60,059 nt of DNA, taken from NCBI GenBank assembly GCA_027858235.1, contig JAQIDC010000028.1, positions 77,184 to 137,242 on the forward strand, read 5' to 3'. Source of the DNA: Patescibacteria group bacterium. GTDB lineage: Bacteria; Patescibacteriota; Patescibacteriia; Patescibacteriales; BM507. Below are positions 7,212-16,037 of this stretch, one piece after another (the first letter of the stretch is position 1; every line of letters starts with the position of its first letter). Position numbers and translations under genes: made by a program. Under the pieces are notes generated by a model. It saw only the letters and a list, made by a program, of their open reading frames with translations, did not search any database and was not told the origin of the DNA.

Positions 7212-8741
7212 CTATGCTTTACAATATAAAATTTCTTTATTCTCTAAATGCATCAAAAATTCCTCAATAGTTTTTGGCAAAATATCGAGATTATCTTTTT
7301 CTTTTACAAAATCAATCTGTCGCTCTGAATCTTTAAATATACTTGGTGCGATAAAGTAACACATTGATTCTCTGGCTGTTTTACTAAACTCTTCAAGATG
7401 TCTAGTTATCGGCCATATTTCCATCATAGTTTGAGATCGTCCCTCAGACATCGTAACTTCAATCAATATTCCATTGTCATCTTCATGACATTCAATATCT
7501 CCCTTATTGCCAACTCCACCAGCAGTAGATGTTGGTAGCCCTTCATCATCAGTCGGATAATTTGGAATAACTCTCACATCTGGAAATTTAGTCTTTACTG
7601 CAAGTGCTGATAAAAATTCTAATCTAACTGGGTTTGATAAATATTTCAAAATATCATCCTTGGACATTCTTTTTTGGGCAAGATTCATCATCTCCTCCTT
7701 TATCTGGTCCCAACTATAAATATTAACCCATTTGATTAATAACTCATCTCTTTCATCAATAGTTACAAGTTTGGCTTCAGCTAATATTAAATTATCATCT
7801 ATCTCGGACATGTATTTAAAGTACTCTTCCCCTGAATCATATTTTTTATATTCAGAATAATTTTCTAGCACATAATCTACTTTCTTTTGTTCATTCTTAT
7901 TAATATCAACAAAGCGACCACCGCCTCTCAATGAAATTAACCCCGTAAGCCTCATTTTTCTTATAAACTCATCAGGGTATTCTGACATTATTGATTTTGG
8001 TTTAAACTTTTTAAAATTACCTTCCATTATTTCATCAACACAAATCTCAACAATAACCTCCCAGCTAGGCTTATAACCATGTTCCTTTCTGATCCTCTTA
8101 ATTAATTGATAAAGTTTTTCTGAATCGTTATCTTTCCAAAAAATAATCAGAGGGAGTTCTAATTTTGATATACCTGCATCATTACACTCTTCATCTCTAT
8201 TCAATTTCGAAATTACTTCAAGTAACAAAACAAGCGGTACATTCTCATTGAGCACTCGCCTAAACGGACTATTGCTTTGGTATTTTACAAACGCATTCAA
8301 AAAAGCTTGTTGTTCAAATTCAGGATGTTCGCTATCAACTAACTTTAATCCTATTTCAGAAAATCTTATTTTTTCGCCACTCTTGTAATAAACAAAACCA
8401 AGCTCTTTGGCAAATTTAAACCATGTATCAAATCTTGAAGGCCACCCCTTGTTAAATCCAGCCTCTTTATGATTTTGAGGATTGTCTCTTAATACTCTTG
8501 AAACTTCCGTGTCGGTTAATGGATTTTTTTCTAAAATCTTATTTTTTACAGTTGTGGTTAAATTCATTGGTTTGTATAAACCAACTCTTATTATTTCTCC
8601 TGAAATTTTTTCAGCCAATTGATCGTCAAGAACTTGATTGTCATAATCTTTTAGCACTGCCAAAAACCACTTCAACCTTTCAGGGTTTCTCATGGTGGTT
8701 GTAAATAATAAAGGTTTATATTCCGAATTTCGTTTTGTCAT
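7212..8741 (-). CDS. Restriction endonuclease, AlwI/MlyI/PleI/Nt.BstNBI-family-like (type IIS)
   Basis: 509 aa. The N-terminal ..TTTMRNPERL.. and the C-terminal ..GDIECHEDDNGILIEVTMSEGRSQTMMEIWPITRH.. resemble the SPRxPEK and D..E..EVT.S.G..Q...E..PVTRH core I recall for this family. Last gene of an operon with two adenine MTases. Confidence 0.6.
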   Translation of the reverse strand: MTKRNSEYKPLLFTTTMRNPERLKWFLAVLKDYDNQVLDDQLAEKISGEIIRVGLYKPMNLTTTVKNKILEKNPLTDTEVSRVLRDNPQNHKEAGFNKGWPSRFDTWFKFAKELGFVYYKSGEKIRFSEIGLKLVDSEHPEFEQQAFLNAFVKYQSNSPFRRVLNENVPLVLLLEVISKLNRDEECNDAGISKLELPLIIFWKDNDSEKLYQLIKRIRKEHGYKPSWEVIVEICVDEIMEGNFKKFKPKSIMSEYPDEFIRKMRLTGLISLRGGGRFVDINKNEQKKVDYVLENYSEYKKYDSGEEYFKYMSEIDDNLILAEAKLVTIDERDELLIKWVNIYSWDQIKEEMMNLAQKRMSKDDILKYLSNPVRLEFLSALAVKTKFPDVRVIPNYPTDDEGLPTSTAGGVGNKGDIECHEDDNGILIEVTMSEGRSQTMMEIWPITRHLEEFSKTARESMCYFIAPSIFKDSERQIDFVKEKDNLDILPKTIEEFLMHLENKEILYCKA

Positions 8742-8745
8742 ACAA

Positions 8746-9651
8746 TTAATAGTTAGTAACCAAGACCTCCTTTATATCTTTTTTACCATTATTATGGTAG
8801 CTAATATAATTACTTTTAATCTTATATACTTTATATTTTTTCATCCATTTAATCAAGTGTCCGTTAGTGCTTCCGTTATAATGTGTTACATTAGACAATG
8901 CAAACCTGATTTTTCTCTTATTTAATTCGTCAATTGTTTTTAGTAAATCTTTTTCTGATTCTTCATTCCATATCTTATTATACTCACTAAACGTAATTAA
9001 ATATGGTGGGTCTAAATACACAAAATCATTTTCTGTAATTTTTTTACTGGCAAAAAATTTCCTAAAATCTTTTACGCTTATTATTGTTTTTCTCTCTTTA
9101 ACAATATTGAAATAATTATTTAGGGCGTTCAATACATTTTTATTAAAATCAACGTTACCCACAGGTAAGTTGAATTTACCACCGCCATTAAACCTAAGCA
9201 TTCTGTTAAATCCGTATATAAGCAATATGTATAAAATCAGCGGGTCATTTTTTATATTCTTATTAACACGTTTTTTTAATTCCTCATACCCCTCTTTATT
9301 ATATTTTGCAAAATAGGTTTTTTTGAATTCTTGCCTAAGCAAAGCTGGTATTACGTCCTCTTTGTATGACCTAGATAGATTATATTTATAAATTATTTTT
9401 TCTACATCTTTAAAAAATTTATCTGGATTCTTAGAGCTTTCAATTAAAAATTTATGAATGCCCATTAAATTTTTGTCTATATCATTTAGATAGTATTTTT
9501 TAGCTTCAATATTTAAAAAAACAGTTCCGCCGCCAGTAAAGGGTTCATAAAAATTATCAATTTCTTTTGGAAAAAAATCAATCAACTGTTTCATTAACTT
9601 ATATTTATCTCCCACATAAAAAAGTGGCGATCTTTTAATAGTTTTATTCAT
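8746..9651 (-). CDS. D12-class (Dam-like) N6-adenine DNA methyltransferase
   Basis: 301 aa. FYVGDKYKL, EPFTGGGTVF (AdoMet motif I) and LDPPY (motif IV) occur in the alpha-group order. Confidence 0.85.
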   Translation of the reverse strand: MNKTIKRSPLFYVGDKYKLMKQLIDFFPKEIDNFYEPFTGGGTVFLNIEAKKYYLNDIDKNLMGIHKFLIESSKNPDKFFKDVEKIIYKYNLSRSYKEDVIPALLRQEFKKTYFAKYNKEGYEELKKRVNKNIKNDPLILYILLIYGFNRMLRFNGGGKFNLPVGNVDFNKNVLNALNNYFNIVKERKTIISVKDFRKFFASKKITENDFVYLDPPYLITFSEYNKIWNEESEKDLLKTIDELNKRKIRFALSNVTHYNGSTNGHLIKWMKKYKVYKIKSNYISYHNNGKKDIKEVLVTNY

Positions 9652-9652
9652 G

Positions 9653-11458
9653 TCAAACTTTGGTTACAAATAAATATTCTTTGTGATTATTGAAATTTGT
9701 ATTACCAGCGTTAAAGTGTTTATGATTTTTTTCAAAAACTTTAGTTTTGCCTTTTTTAGTTAATATATCCTTAATTTCTTGAAGTGTAATTTTATTCTTT
9801 GATGAATTACTCTTTGGTTCGTAGGTGTTATTATATGAAACCACAAGATATTTTGCATCTATATCCCTTACTAAATCATCAAATCTATGCTTGGCACTAA
9901 CTCTACAATAGTCGCTCATATTTTCAGGTTCCGGTTTAAGGGCCACTCCATGCAATTCTGGTTTATCCCATTTTGTAAGAGTTTCTAAAACATGATAAAA
10001 ACGGCTATACTGTCTGGAATTATACGGTGGATCGATATAGGCCACATCTGCTCTTATTTTTTTAACCAATTCATTTGTATCTTCCCTGTAAATTGACACT
10101 TTATTTATTTCTATAGGATCAATGGGTCGCATAAAAAATGCATCTTCAACATTGTCTTTCTTAAAATAAGCATCATAATGGCCAACCGTATTAGCTATTT
10201 TGTCGATAGTATACAGCAATGAGGCAATAAGCATGTGATACTCTTTGCTCGTTAAGTTAGCTTTGTTCTCTTCAATATTTTCCCTGACTGCACCAATCAC
10301 TTTTGCTGAATTCTGACTAAAATATTTTCCACCAAAATTCTCTGAAAAATAATTGTCTTCCAGATCATCCCCGCATATATTGTTATAGTCCTTGATTATA
10401 TTATCAATTTTATTTTTATCCCATTTTCCGTTACCAAAAAATGCCTGATAAACTGCATAGTTTGAAAAAAGAAAATCATTTAAAATCACTTCTTTAAAAT
10501 GTTTGGTTGCAACTGCAGATACAACGCCTGTACCTGCAAAAACGTCTGCGAATGAATCACCCTTGCACTCTTTTTCAAGTATAGAAAAAATCCATTCAAT
10601 TAATTTATACTTACTACCAATATATCTTCTGTTTTGCAACTGGAGATGATTTTTTTTAATTTGAGGGGTATAAAAATAAGTTTCTTGAATTTTTTCCGCG
10701 CTAACTTCATAAGATGGTTTTTCAGTTTCCATTGAATTAAACAATGTGCCCTGCACTCCATCAGAAACGTAATCCAAGTTTTTATCTTGGCCTTTTAATT
10801 TATCATAAAAACTATAACCTCCGTTATTCTTAGCTGTTATAATGAAATCGGTAACTGGTATTCCCATTAACTCTCCTGCTTGAGTGATCTTCTCAACTAT
10901 TTTTATATCTTTTTCACTTGGCGTAGGATCACCTGAGGGGTGATTATGCACTAATATAATACTAGCTGAATTAAGCTCTACTGCTGGTTGAAATATTTCT
11001 CTGGGATGCAATAAACTTTTATCCAAAAGACCTATACTTATTACTTCTTTTTTAATCACTACATTTCGAGCATTCAAGTATAAACAAATTAAATATTCCT
11101 TTTTTTTATCTCTTAAATCTAAAGTTAAGGATAATGCATCGTTTGAGCTCTTAATTACAATTTCGTCACCGTTCTCTTCTTCATAATATCTCCTAACTAA
11201 AGAAATTGCAGATACTATCTGCAATGCTTTAGCTTGCCCGATTCCTGAGATAGTCAGCAAATCATCAACTTTAATATTTAAAAAATTCTTTCCAAATTTC
11301 TTGATTATTTGCTGGGATAAAACTTTAACATTTTTACCTTTTATTCCACTTCCAAGTAGTATAGCCAAAAGATCAGACTTTGAAAGAGCTTCTGGCCCCT
11401 TTTTTAAAAACTTTTCTCTTGGTCTGTCTATTTTTGGTATATTTTTTATTTTTGTCAT
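9653..11458 (-). CDS. Fusion protein: full-length RadC (HhH + JAB, HNHPSGD) fused to a D12-class N6-adenine DNA methyltransferase
   Basis: 601-aa uninterrupted ORF. Residues 1-~225 look like RadC (..LLAILLGSG..ISGIGQAKA..LHPREIF..ILVHNHPSGDPTPSEKD..). The C-terminal half has RRYIGSKYKL, DVFAGTGVV (motif I) and IDPPYNSRQYSRFYH (motif IV). Confidence 0.8.
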   Translation of the reverse strand: MTKIKNIPKIDRPREKFLKKGPEALSKSDLLAILLGSGIKGKNVKVLSQQIIKKFGKNFLNIKVDDLLTISGIGQAKALQIVSAISLVRRYYEEENGDEIVIKSSNDALSLTLDLRDKKKEYLICLYLNARNVVIKKEVISIGLLDKSLLHPREIFQPAVELNSASIILVHNHPSGDPTPSEKDIKIVEKITQAGELMGIPVTDFIITAKNNGGYSFYDKLKGQDKNLDYVSDGVQGTLFNSMETEKPSYEVSAEKIQETYFYTPQIKKNHLQLQNRRYIGSKYKLIEWIFSILEKECKGDSFADVFAGTGVVSAVATKHFKEVILNDFLFSNYAVYQAFFGNGKWDKNKIDNIIKDYNNICGDDLEDNYFSENFGGKYFSQNSAKVIGAVRENIEENKANLTSKEYHMLIASLLYTIDKIANTVGHYDAYFKKDNVEDAFFMRPIDPIEINKVSIYREDTNELVKKIRADVAYIDPPYNSRQYSRFYHVLETLTKWDKPELHGVALKPEPENMSDYCRVSAKHRFDDLVRDIDAKYLVVSYNNTYEPKSNSSKNKITLQEIKDILTKKGKTKVFEKNHKHFNAGNTNFNNHKEYLFVTKV

Positions 11459-11583
11459 TATACTTGAATATACTACATAAAAATCGCTAATTTACGATAA
11501 TTAATTATATTTATATTTTACTATTTTTAGCATTTAAATACAAGTAGAAATATCAAAAATAGACCACAATTATCCCCAAAAGT

Positions 11584-11612
11584 CAAAAAGATAGGTCCAA
11601 TCAAACCTATCT
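11584..11612 (-). terminator. Rho-independent terminator after the last phage-side gene
   Basis: Minus-strand RNA forms GAUAGGU-uugauugg-ACCUAUC followed by UUUUU. Sits 32 nt downstream of the stop at 11644. Confidence 0.5.
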
Positions 11613-11643
11613 CAATAACTTCTTATAAAAAATTTATCAATTT

Positions 11644-11991
11644 TCAACAAAATTCTATTTCAAACTGCTTATTTTTAAAATATTCTATTATCCGTTTATC
11701 TTTCCCTCTACTACCTAAATTCCAACTTTTAATTATTTCGAGTGGTTGATTATTTTTGTAATCATAAATAGTAAATACTAATCGCTTATCGTTCTTCATG
11801 ATAAACGCCCACTCTACTCTAACCTTGCTATCTCTCGACTCCCATTCTCCCTCCTTAGTACAATCATGTGGCTCACCAAATTTTTCTTTTAGTTCTTTAA
11901 AACTTGCGTGGACTGTGCCAATTCGACTTGTTCCAATAGTTGACTTCTTGGTTGCACTTTTAATTTTGAAATCTATTTTTAAGTTTTTCAT
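11644..11991 (-). CDS. Hypothetical protein (phage accessory/moron position)
   Basis: 115-aa ORF downstream of the lysis genes. No recognisable motif. Confidence 0.45.
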   Translation of the reverse strand: MKNLKIDFKIKSATKKSTIGTSRIGTVHASFKELKEKFGEPHDCTKEGEWESRDSKVRVEWAFIMKNDKRLVFTIYDYKNNQPLEIIKSWNLGSRGKDKRIIEYFKNKQFEIEFC

Positions 11992-12187
11992 ATCCTTTCA
12001 TGATAATTAAAATAATCTTTACACTTAACCCAGACAACTTAGCTACTTCTCCGACATTAAACATATTAGTTGCACCCGACAATCTAACATTTTCATAACA
12101 AATAAATTGTTCTTTGGTTATATTTTTCATATTGTGTTGGATGTTAACGTAATAAAAACCACATGGCAAGTCATTTATTCTCACCAA
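11960..12187 (-). CDS. Hypothetical small protein (start possibly the internal Met at 12130)
   Basis: 75-aa ORF. ..FICYENVRLSGATNMFNV.. recalls small phage proteins of unknown function. Confidence 0.4.
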   Translation of the reverse strand: MVRINDLPCGFYYVNIQHNMKNITKEQFICYENVRLSGATNMFNVGEVAKLSGLSVKIILIIMKGYEKLKNRFQN

Positions 12188-12202
12188 TATTAAACGCTTT
12201 TC

Positions 12203-12718
12203 TTATAGCTTTTTGGCTAATTCCAATACTTCTCCTAATAATTTAATTAACTTCTCCTTGTCGCTACTCCCAACTTCAACAGTTTGCACCAAGCTACGAA
12301 TAAAATTAATATCCATGTTTTTACCCGGGCAAGACTTGCTCGCAAAATCTCGATGAAAGATAATATTGTTTTTATTAATTTGATATTGCTGAACTAATTT
12401 CTTGAGCAAATCACGCAAAGCGAATACTTGTGTTGACGCTGGTTTTTCAATATCAAAATTTCCATCTAAACAAATATGAATACACTGCCCACTGTTCATA
12501 TCTCCCTGATAGCATGCCACTGTCTTCTCTCCATCCTTACGAGCTTGTCTAATGCGACCATTCTTGGCAATTTCGTAGTTGTACCCCAAATAGTATCCTA
12601 GAGAGCTGACAAGCCCCCATCTCCCTTTGTGGACTCTGTTATTTGCCTCAAATTGATCAGAATTTTTGTTATATGACACAGCACTGTGATGTATCATAAT
12701 ATATTTTGGTTTTTCCAT
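12203..12718 (-). CDS. N-acetylmuramoyl-L-alanine amidase (Amidase_2/PGRP-type endolysin)
   Basis: IMIHHSA...GYNYEI..NG.I...R......A......N...IHICLDGNFD...HRDF..KSCPG motifs. Start moved to the ATG at 12718 (MEKPKYIMIHH), 2 nt after the upstream stop. Confidence 0.85.
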   Translation of the reverse strand: MEKPKYIMIHHSAVSYNKNSDQFEANNRVHKGRWGLVSSLGYYLGYNYEIAKNGRIRQARKDGEKTVACYQGDMNSGQCIHICLDGNFDIEKPASTQVFALRDLLKKLVQQYQINKNNIIFHRDFASKSCPGKNMDINFIRSLVQTVEVGSSDKEKLIKLLGEVLELAKKL

Positions 12719-12720
12719 AA

Positions 12721-12948
12721 TTATTTGCTTATTACCATATAAATAAAATTTAAAATATTCCCAATCCCAAGTAAACCAACAAACCATTTAAGGTTTTTAA
12801 TTGTTGTTGCCACTTCAATTCTGAACTGGGTATTTTTCTTTACATTCCCATTGGTCTCGTCCAATCTCTTAATAATACCCTTGTGACCATTCGAATTGTC
12901 ATGTTTTAAGTCCTTGATTTTATCAAGAATCAAATCCAGTTTATCCAT
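12721..12948 (-). CDS. Small tail-anchored membrane protein (holin/lysis accessory candidate)
   Basis: 75 aa with a C-terminal TM segment WFVGLLGIGNILNFIYMVI. Lies between the two-TM ORF and the amidase. Confidence 0.45.
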   Translation of the reverse strand: MDKLDLILDKIKDLKHDNSNGHKGIIKRLDETNGNVKKNTQFRIEVATTIKNLKWFVGLLGIGNILNFIYMVISK

Positions 12949-12949
12949 A

Positions 12950-13114
12950 TTACTTATTATCTAAAAACTTTTTGTAAAACCCTCTCAAGACAAATACTCC
13001 CACGCCAATCAAAAGCAAAACTGTACCTTGCCAAACATTGCTTTGAATGACTGCCACTCCAGTGCTGACAAATATTGTCGCCACTGATAATAATAATTCT
13101 TTTGTGTAATTCAT
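12950..13114 (-). CDS. Holin-like 54-aa two-TM protein (below the ORF-track length cut-off)
   Basis: Hand translation: MNYTKELLLSVATIFVSTGVAVIQSNVWQGTVLLLIGVGVFVLRGFYKKFLDNK, with two hydrophobic helices and a basic C-terminus. Its stop is 1 nt from the next gene's start. Confidence 0.5.
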   Translation of the reverse strand: MNYTKELLLSVATIFVSTGVAVIQSNVWQGTVLLLIGVGVFVLRGFYKKFLDNK

Positions 13115-13133
13115 ACGATTATAAAATTAATAA

Positions 13134-14858
13134 TTAAAACCACATCCAACTGACTTCGTTAAATGAGACATCGACTGTTTCACCTGTGTTCCTGCCCTTA
13201 AGTCTGACTACACCGACTAACTTCATTCCTCCACTTTCTTCGGCGTTATTTTTAATACATTTTACAAATGAAAACTTGTAAACATCATTCCCCTTGTCTT
13301 CAATATCCTTTATAACCATATCCTGCAAACTTTCGTTTTCTCCAGCCTCAACTAGGCTAATTATTCCTTGAACATCAATTCTTAATACCTCAGCCAAAGT
13401 TGTATAGCTATATTTCAAATCACTGCCCATTGTTAAAATATTACCCACAATATTATCAATAGTTTTTATTTCCAACTTTTCATTCTCTCTAATTAAAACA
13501 TTGTCTCCAACCTCAAACTGTAATGCATCACTAATCTCCACATCTACCTGATCAGCATTTGCCAAACTGGCGAGATTTTTCTTTTCAACAATATTCTGCT
13601 CAACATAACAATTGACATTTATCGTTTCATTTTCTGTTTCAATATTTTTTATGAAATACCAGCCATATTTTGTCCGACCATCAGCTCCTGAAGAATAACC
13701 TGTGGCAAGTGTCGGTGAACTTGTGCCTGATATAGCCCCAGCCTCAATTCTTATTCGACCATTTCCTCCATTTCCGCCAGGGTAATAACCAAAATTTGAT
13801 CCGTTATAACCTTGACCACCAATACCTCCTCTTGCATGAATTATATTTGCTCCCATGGTTGCACCTAATAAACAAACAATAAATATCGTACCACCAGCAC
13901 CACCGCCTCCGCCTGCAGTTTTGTAGTTTGTTGTACTTCCATTGCTACCATTATTTCCGTCACAATCAACTTCACCGGCCATAACAAAGTTTTTACAACT
14001 TATTCTAATAATTCCTCCGCCAGTTGCCCCTGATCCTGAATTAGATAAAGCAGAACCACCACCGCCACCTCCTGATCCTTTGAGGTAAGCAATTGATTTA
14101 TCATCAATCGCTGCATTATTGTATGGTATTCCACCAATCCCACGGTCGCTTGAATAATATGAATAACTACCACTTCCTCCATTACTGCCATACCCTCCAC
14201 CTCCACCGCCAGCTGCGTTTGTACCTGATGCCACACCAGCACCTCCTCCTCCATGTCCAGTATTTTTTAATTGATAAACACTGCCCCCACCATTGCCTGC
14301 TCCACTTGATCCATAATTACCACCTCCGCCACCAGCATGTCCCCTGCCTTTCGCTGTTAACTTTCCACCTAGTTCAATCTCAAAAGCTCCTTGGCATTTA
14401 ATCTCGAAATTTCCACTTACGGTAACAGTGTGGCCGTTTTGAATTAAAACACTGCTAAAATTCTTCTCACTAGACCATGTTACATTCCCTGAACTAACAA
14501 ACACTCCATCACTTCCATCGCCTAAATTTGGTGCCAATGCTCTTGTGTATTTATTATTGCCAGTATCTAATACTCCCAAATATTTGCCAATCAAAGACCC
14601 TAAAGGATATGAATAAGCTAAATTAGCCGTCATTGTTAAAGTATTTACACTTATTGATTGAATAACTGCTGTTTCAAAAGTATCTTCACCGTCATAGACT
14701 ATAATCATCTCACCAACACTAAATTGTGATCCATCACTTACTTGTGCATCAGCTTGTCCACTTAAAGCATCGACTGCTAAATTATCAAATAATTCATCTA
14801 CAACTGAATTATCAATCAAATTATCCTGTTTTATTCCTATTAACTGTTTACTTGGCAT
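13134..14858 (-). CDS. Glycine-rich tail fibre / receptor-binding protein
   Basis: Long ORF after the tail genes. The central region is rich in GGGG(N/S/Y)G runs (..GHAGGGGGNYGSSGAGNGGGS..AAGGGGGGYGSNGGSGS..GSGGGGGGSAL..). Start moved to the ATG at 14858 (MPSKQL), just after the upstream stop at 14870. Confidence 0.6.
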   Translation of the reverse strand: MPSKQLIGIKQDNLIDNSVVDELFDNLAVDALSGQADAQVSDGSQFSVGEMIIVYDGEDTFETAVIQSISVNTLTMTANLAYSYPLGSLIGKYLGVLDTGNNKYTRALAPNLGDGSDGVFVSSGNVTWSSEKNFSSVLIQNGHTVTVSGNFEIKCQGAFEIELGGKLTAKGRGHAGGGGGNYGSSGAGNGGGSVYQLKNTGHGGGGAGVASGTNAAGGGGGGYGSNGGSGSYSYYSSDRGIGGIPYNNAAIDDKSIAYLKGSGGGGGGSALSNSGSGATGGGIIRISCKNFVMAGEVDCDGNNGSNGSTTNYKTAGGGGGAGGTIFIVCLLGATMGANIIHARGGIGGQGYNGSNFGYYPGGNGGNGRIRIEAGAISGTSSPTLATGYSSGADGRTKYGWYFIKNIETENETINVNCYVEQNIVEKKNLASLANADQVDVEISDALQFEVGDNVLIRENEKLEIKTIDNIVGNILTMGSDLKYSYTTLAEVLRIDVQGIISLVEAGENESLQDMVIKDIEDKGNDVYKFSFVKCIKNNAEESGGMKLVGVVRLKGRNTGETVDVSFNEVSWMWF

Positions 14859-14869
14859 ATTTAAAAATA

Positions 14870-15301
14870 TTACGTATAAAATTTTGCATTCATAGACATT
14901 GACGTTGCAATTATTCCACCTGAAGATGAAATTGAAAGAGTCGATCCACTCCAACTTAATGATACGCCACTGTTCGAATTACCTGATGAAGTATAAAGCT
15001 TTCCTTCTCTATGCACGGCTGACGTTGCACCCTCTTTTGCCAACACAACTTGTCCATAATGTTGTTCTGAATATCCACTTGGATACCAGCTAAAATTTAC
15101 AATTACAAATCTTGCACTAGCTGGCACTGCAATACTTGAGCCACCCCCTGAGCTAATATAATCCCAATGACTTGCCTGATTTAGGTTTATAATATTTTGT
15201 GCCAAATTTCGGATAGCTTTCATTATTGCATTAATCTCAAATGCAAATAATTTATTTTGTTTTTGCTTGTTGTCTAAACTCATAGCTTCTATATTTTGCA
15301 A
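14870..15301 (-). CDS. Phage tail-fibre-associated hypothetical protein
   Basis: 143-aa ORF in the tail-tip module. Confidence 0.45.
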   Translation of the reverse strand: MQNIEAMSLDNKQKQNKLFAFEINAIMKAIRNLAQNIINLNQASHWDYISSGGGSSIAVPASARFVIVNFSWYPSGYSEQHYGQVVLAKEGATSAVHREGKLYTSSGNSNSGVSLSWSGSTLSISSSGGIIATSMSMNAKFYT

Positions 15302-15470
15302 TATTCTTTTTCTTGTCTTTCAAAAAATATGCTGGTTTATCTTTTTTATTAAAAACTTCTTTCTTGCCATTAAATTCAGCCTCGAATACATCACGCCTTA
15401 AACCTAAAACACTGACTATGTCATATGCCTCAAGCTTATCTTTAACATTTATTTTAATCTTTAAAATCAT
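15252..15470 (-). CDS. Hypothetical phage protein
   Basis: 72-aa ORF. ATGA overlap with the upstream gene. Confidence 0.4.
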   Translation of the reverse strand: MILKIKINVKDKLEAYDIVSVLGLRRDVFEAEFNGKKEVFNKKDKPAYFLKDKKKNIAKYRSYEFRQQAKTK

Positions 15471-16033
15471 ACGCTTATAAAAGTATATTTCTGACTAATA
15501 ACTAAAACTGTGTTGCTATCTTTTGCCCAATTTAATCCTGTTAAATGCGACCATAATTTGCCGGTGTTGGGATTTCCATCACCGTCAATAGCATTTCCAA
15601 ATTCCGTATAAGTGCCTGAGCATTCTGTTTCTGTAAAAAAAGCGGTTAATATAACAATATTGGAACTATCTGTTCCACTGGCCATGTCATTGCGATAATC
15701 CTCGGCTATGAGCTGTGTGTCATTTGATGATGCTGTACCAGATCCCGTGCCAAGTAAGGCTTTATTAATATGCCCAGTATAACTAATATCTCCCACTAGC
15801 CTTTTAATCAAAGCATTAAATCCATTATTACAAATCACATTAAATCTTCTTTGCTCCTGAACTACATCTCCCAAAATGTAATATTTTATTATTCCCGGAA
15901 AAGTTGATCTTAAACTAGATATAAATTTATTAAACAACCTATCTTTTTTACTTAATTTTGACTGGTTGTAAAATCTGGCGGTAATATCACCAACAGCATG
16001 TGCATTTTCTTTTGTGTGTTTTTTTGTTATCAT
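15467..16033 (-). CDS. Phage tail-tip/baseplate hypothetical protein
   Basis: 188-aa ORF in the tail module. Confidence 0.45.
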   Translation of the reverse strand: MITKKHTKENAHAVGDITARFYNQSKLSKKDRLFNKFISSLRSTFPGIIKYYILGDVVQEQRRFNVICNNGFNALIKRLVGDISYTGHINKALLGTGSGTASSNDTQLIAEDYRNDMASGTDSSNIVILTAFFTETECSGTYTEFGNAIDGDGNPNTGKLWSHLTGLNWAKDSNTVLVISQKYTFISV

Positions 16034-16037
16034 ATTT

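Noticed and set aside
11459-11643. Direct-repeat att core shared between the left (11.5 kb) and right (32.9 kb) prophage ends
   Set aside because: Only a 9-nt match (CCAATCAAA) was spotted by eye, which is not significant in AT-rich DNA. The boundaries remain undefined.
14000-14401. ORFs 14000-14254 (-) and 14093-14401 (+), rich in H/L/Q/V
   Set aside because: They are frame shadows of the GGN-repeat region of the Gly-rich fibre gene. Their translations are repetitive, and they are fully nested in a longer, better-supported ORF.
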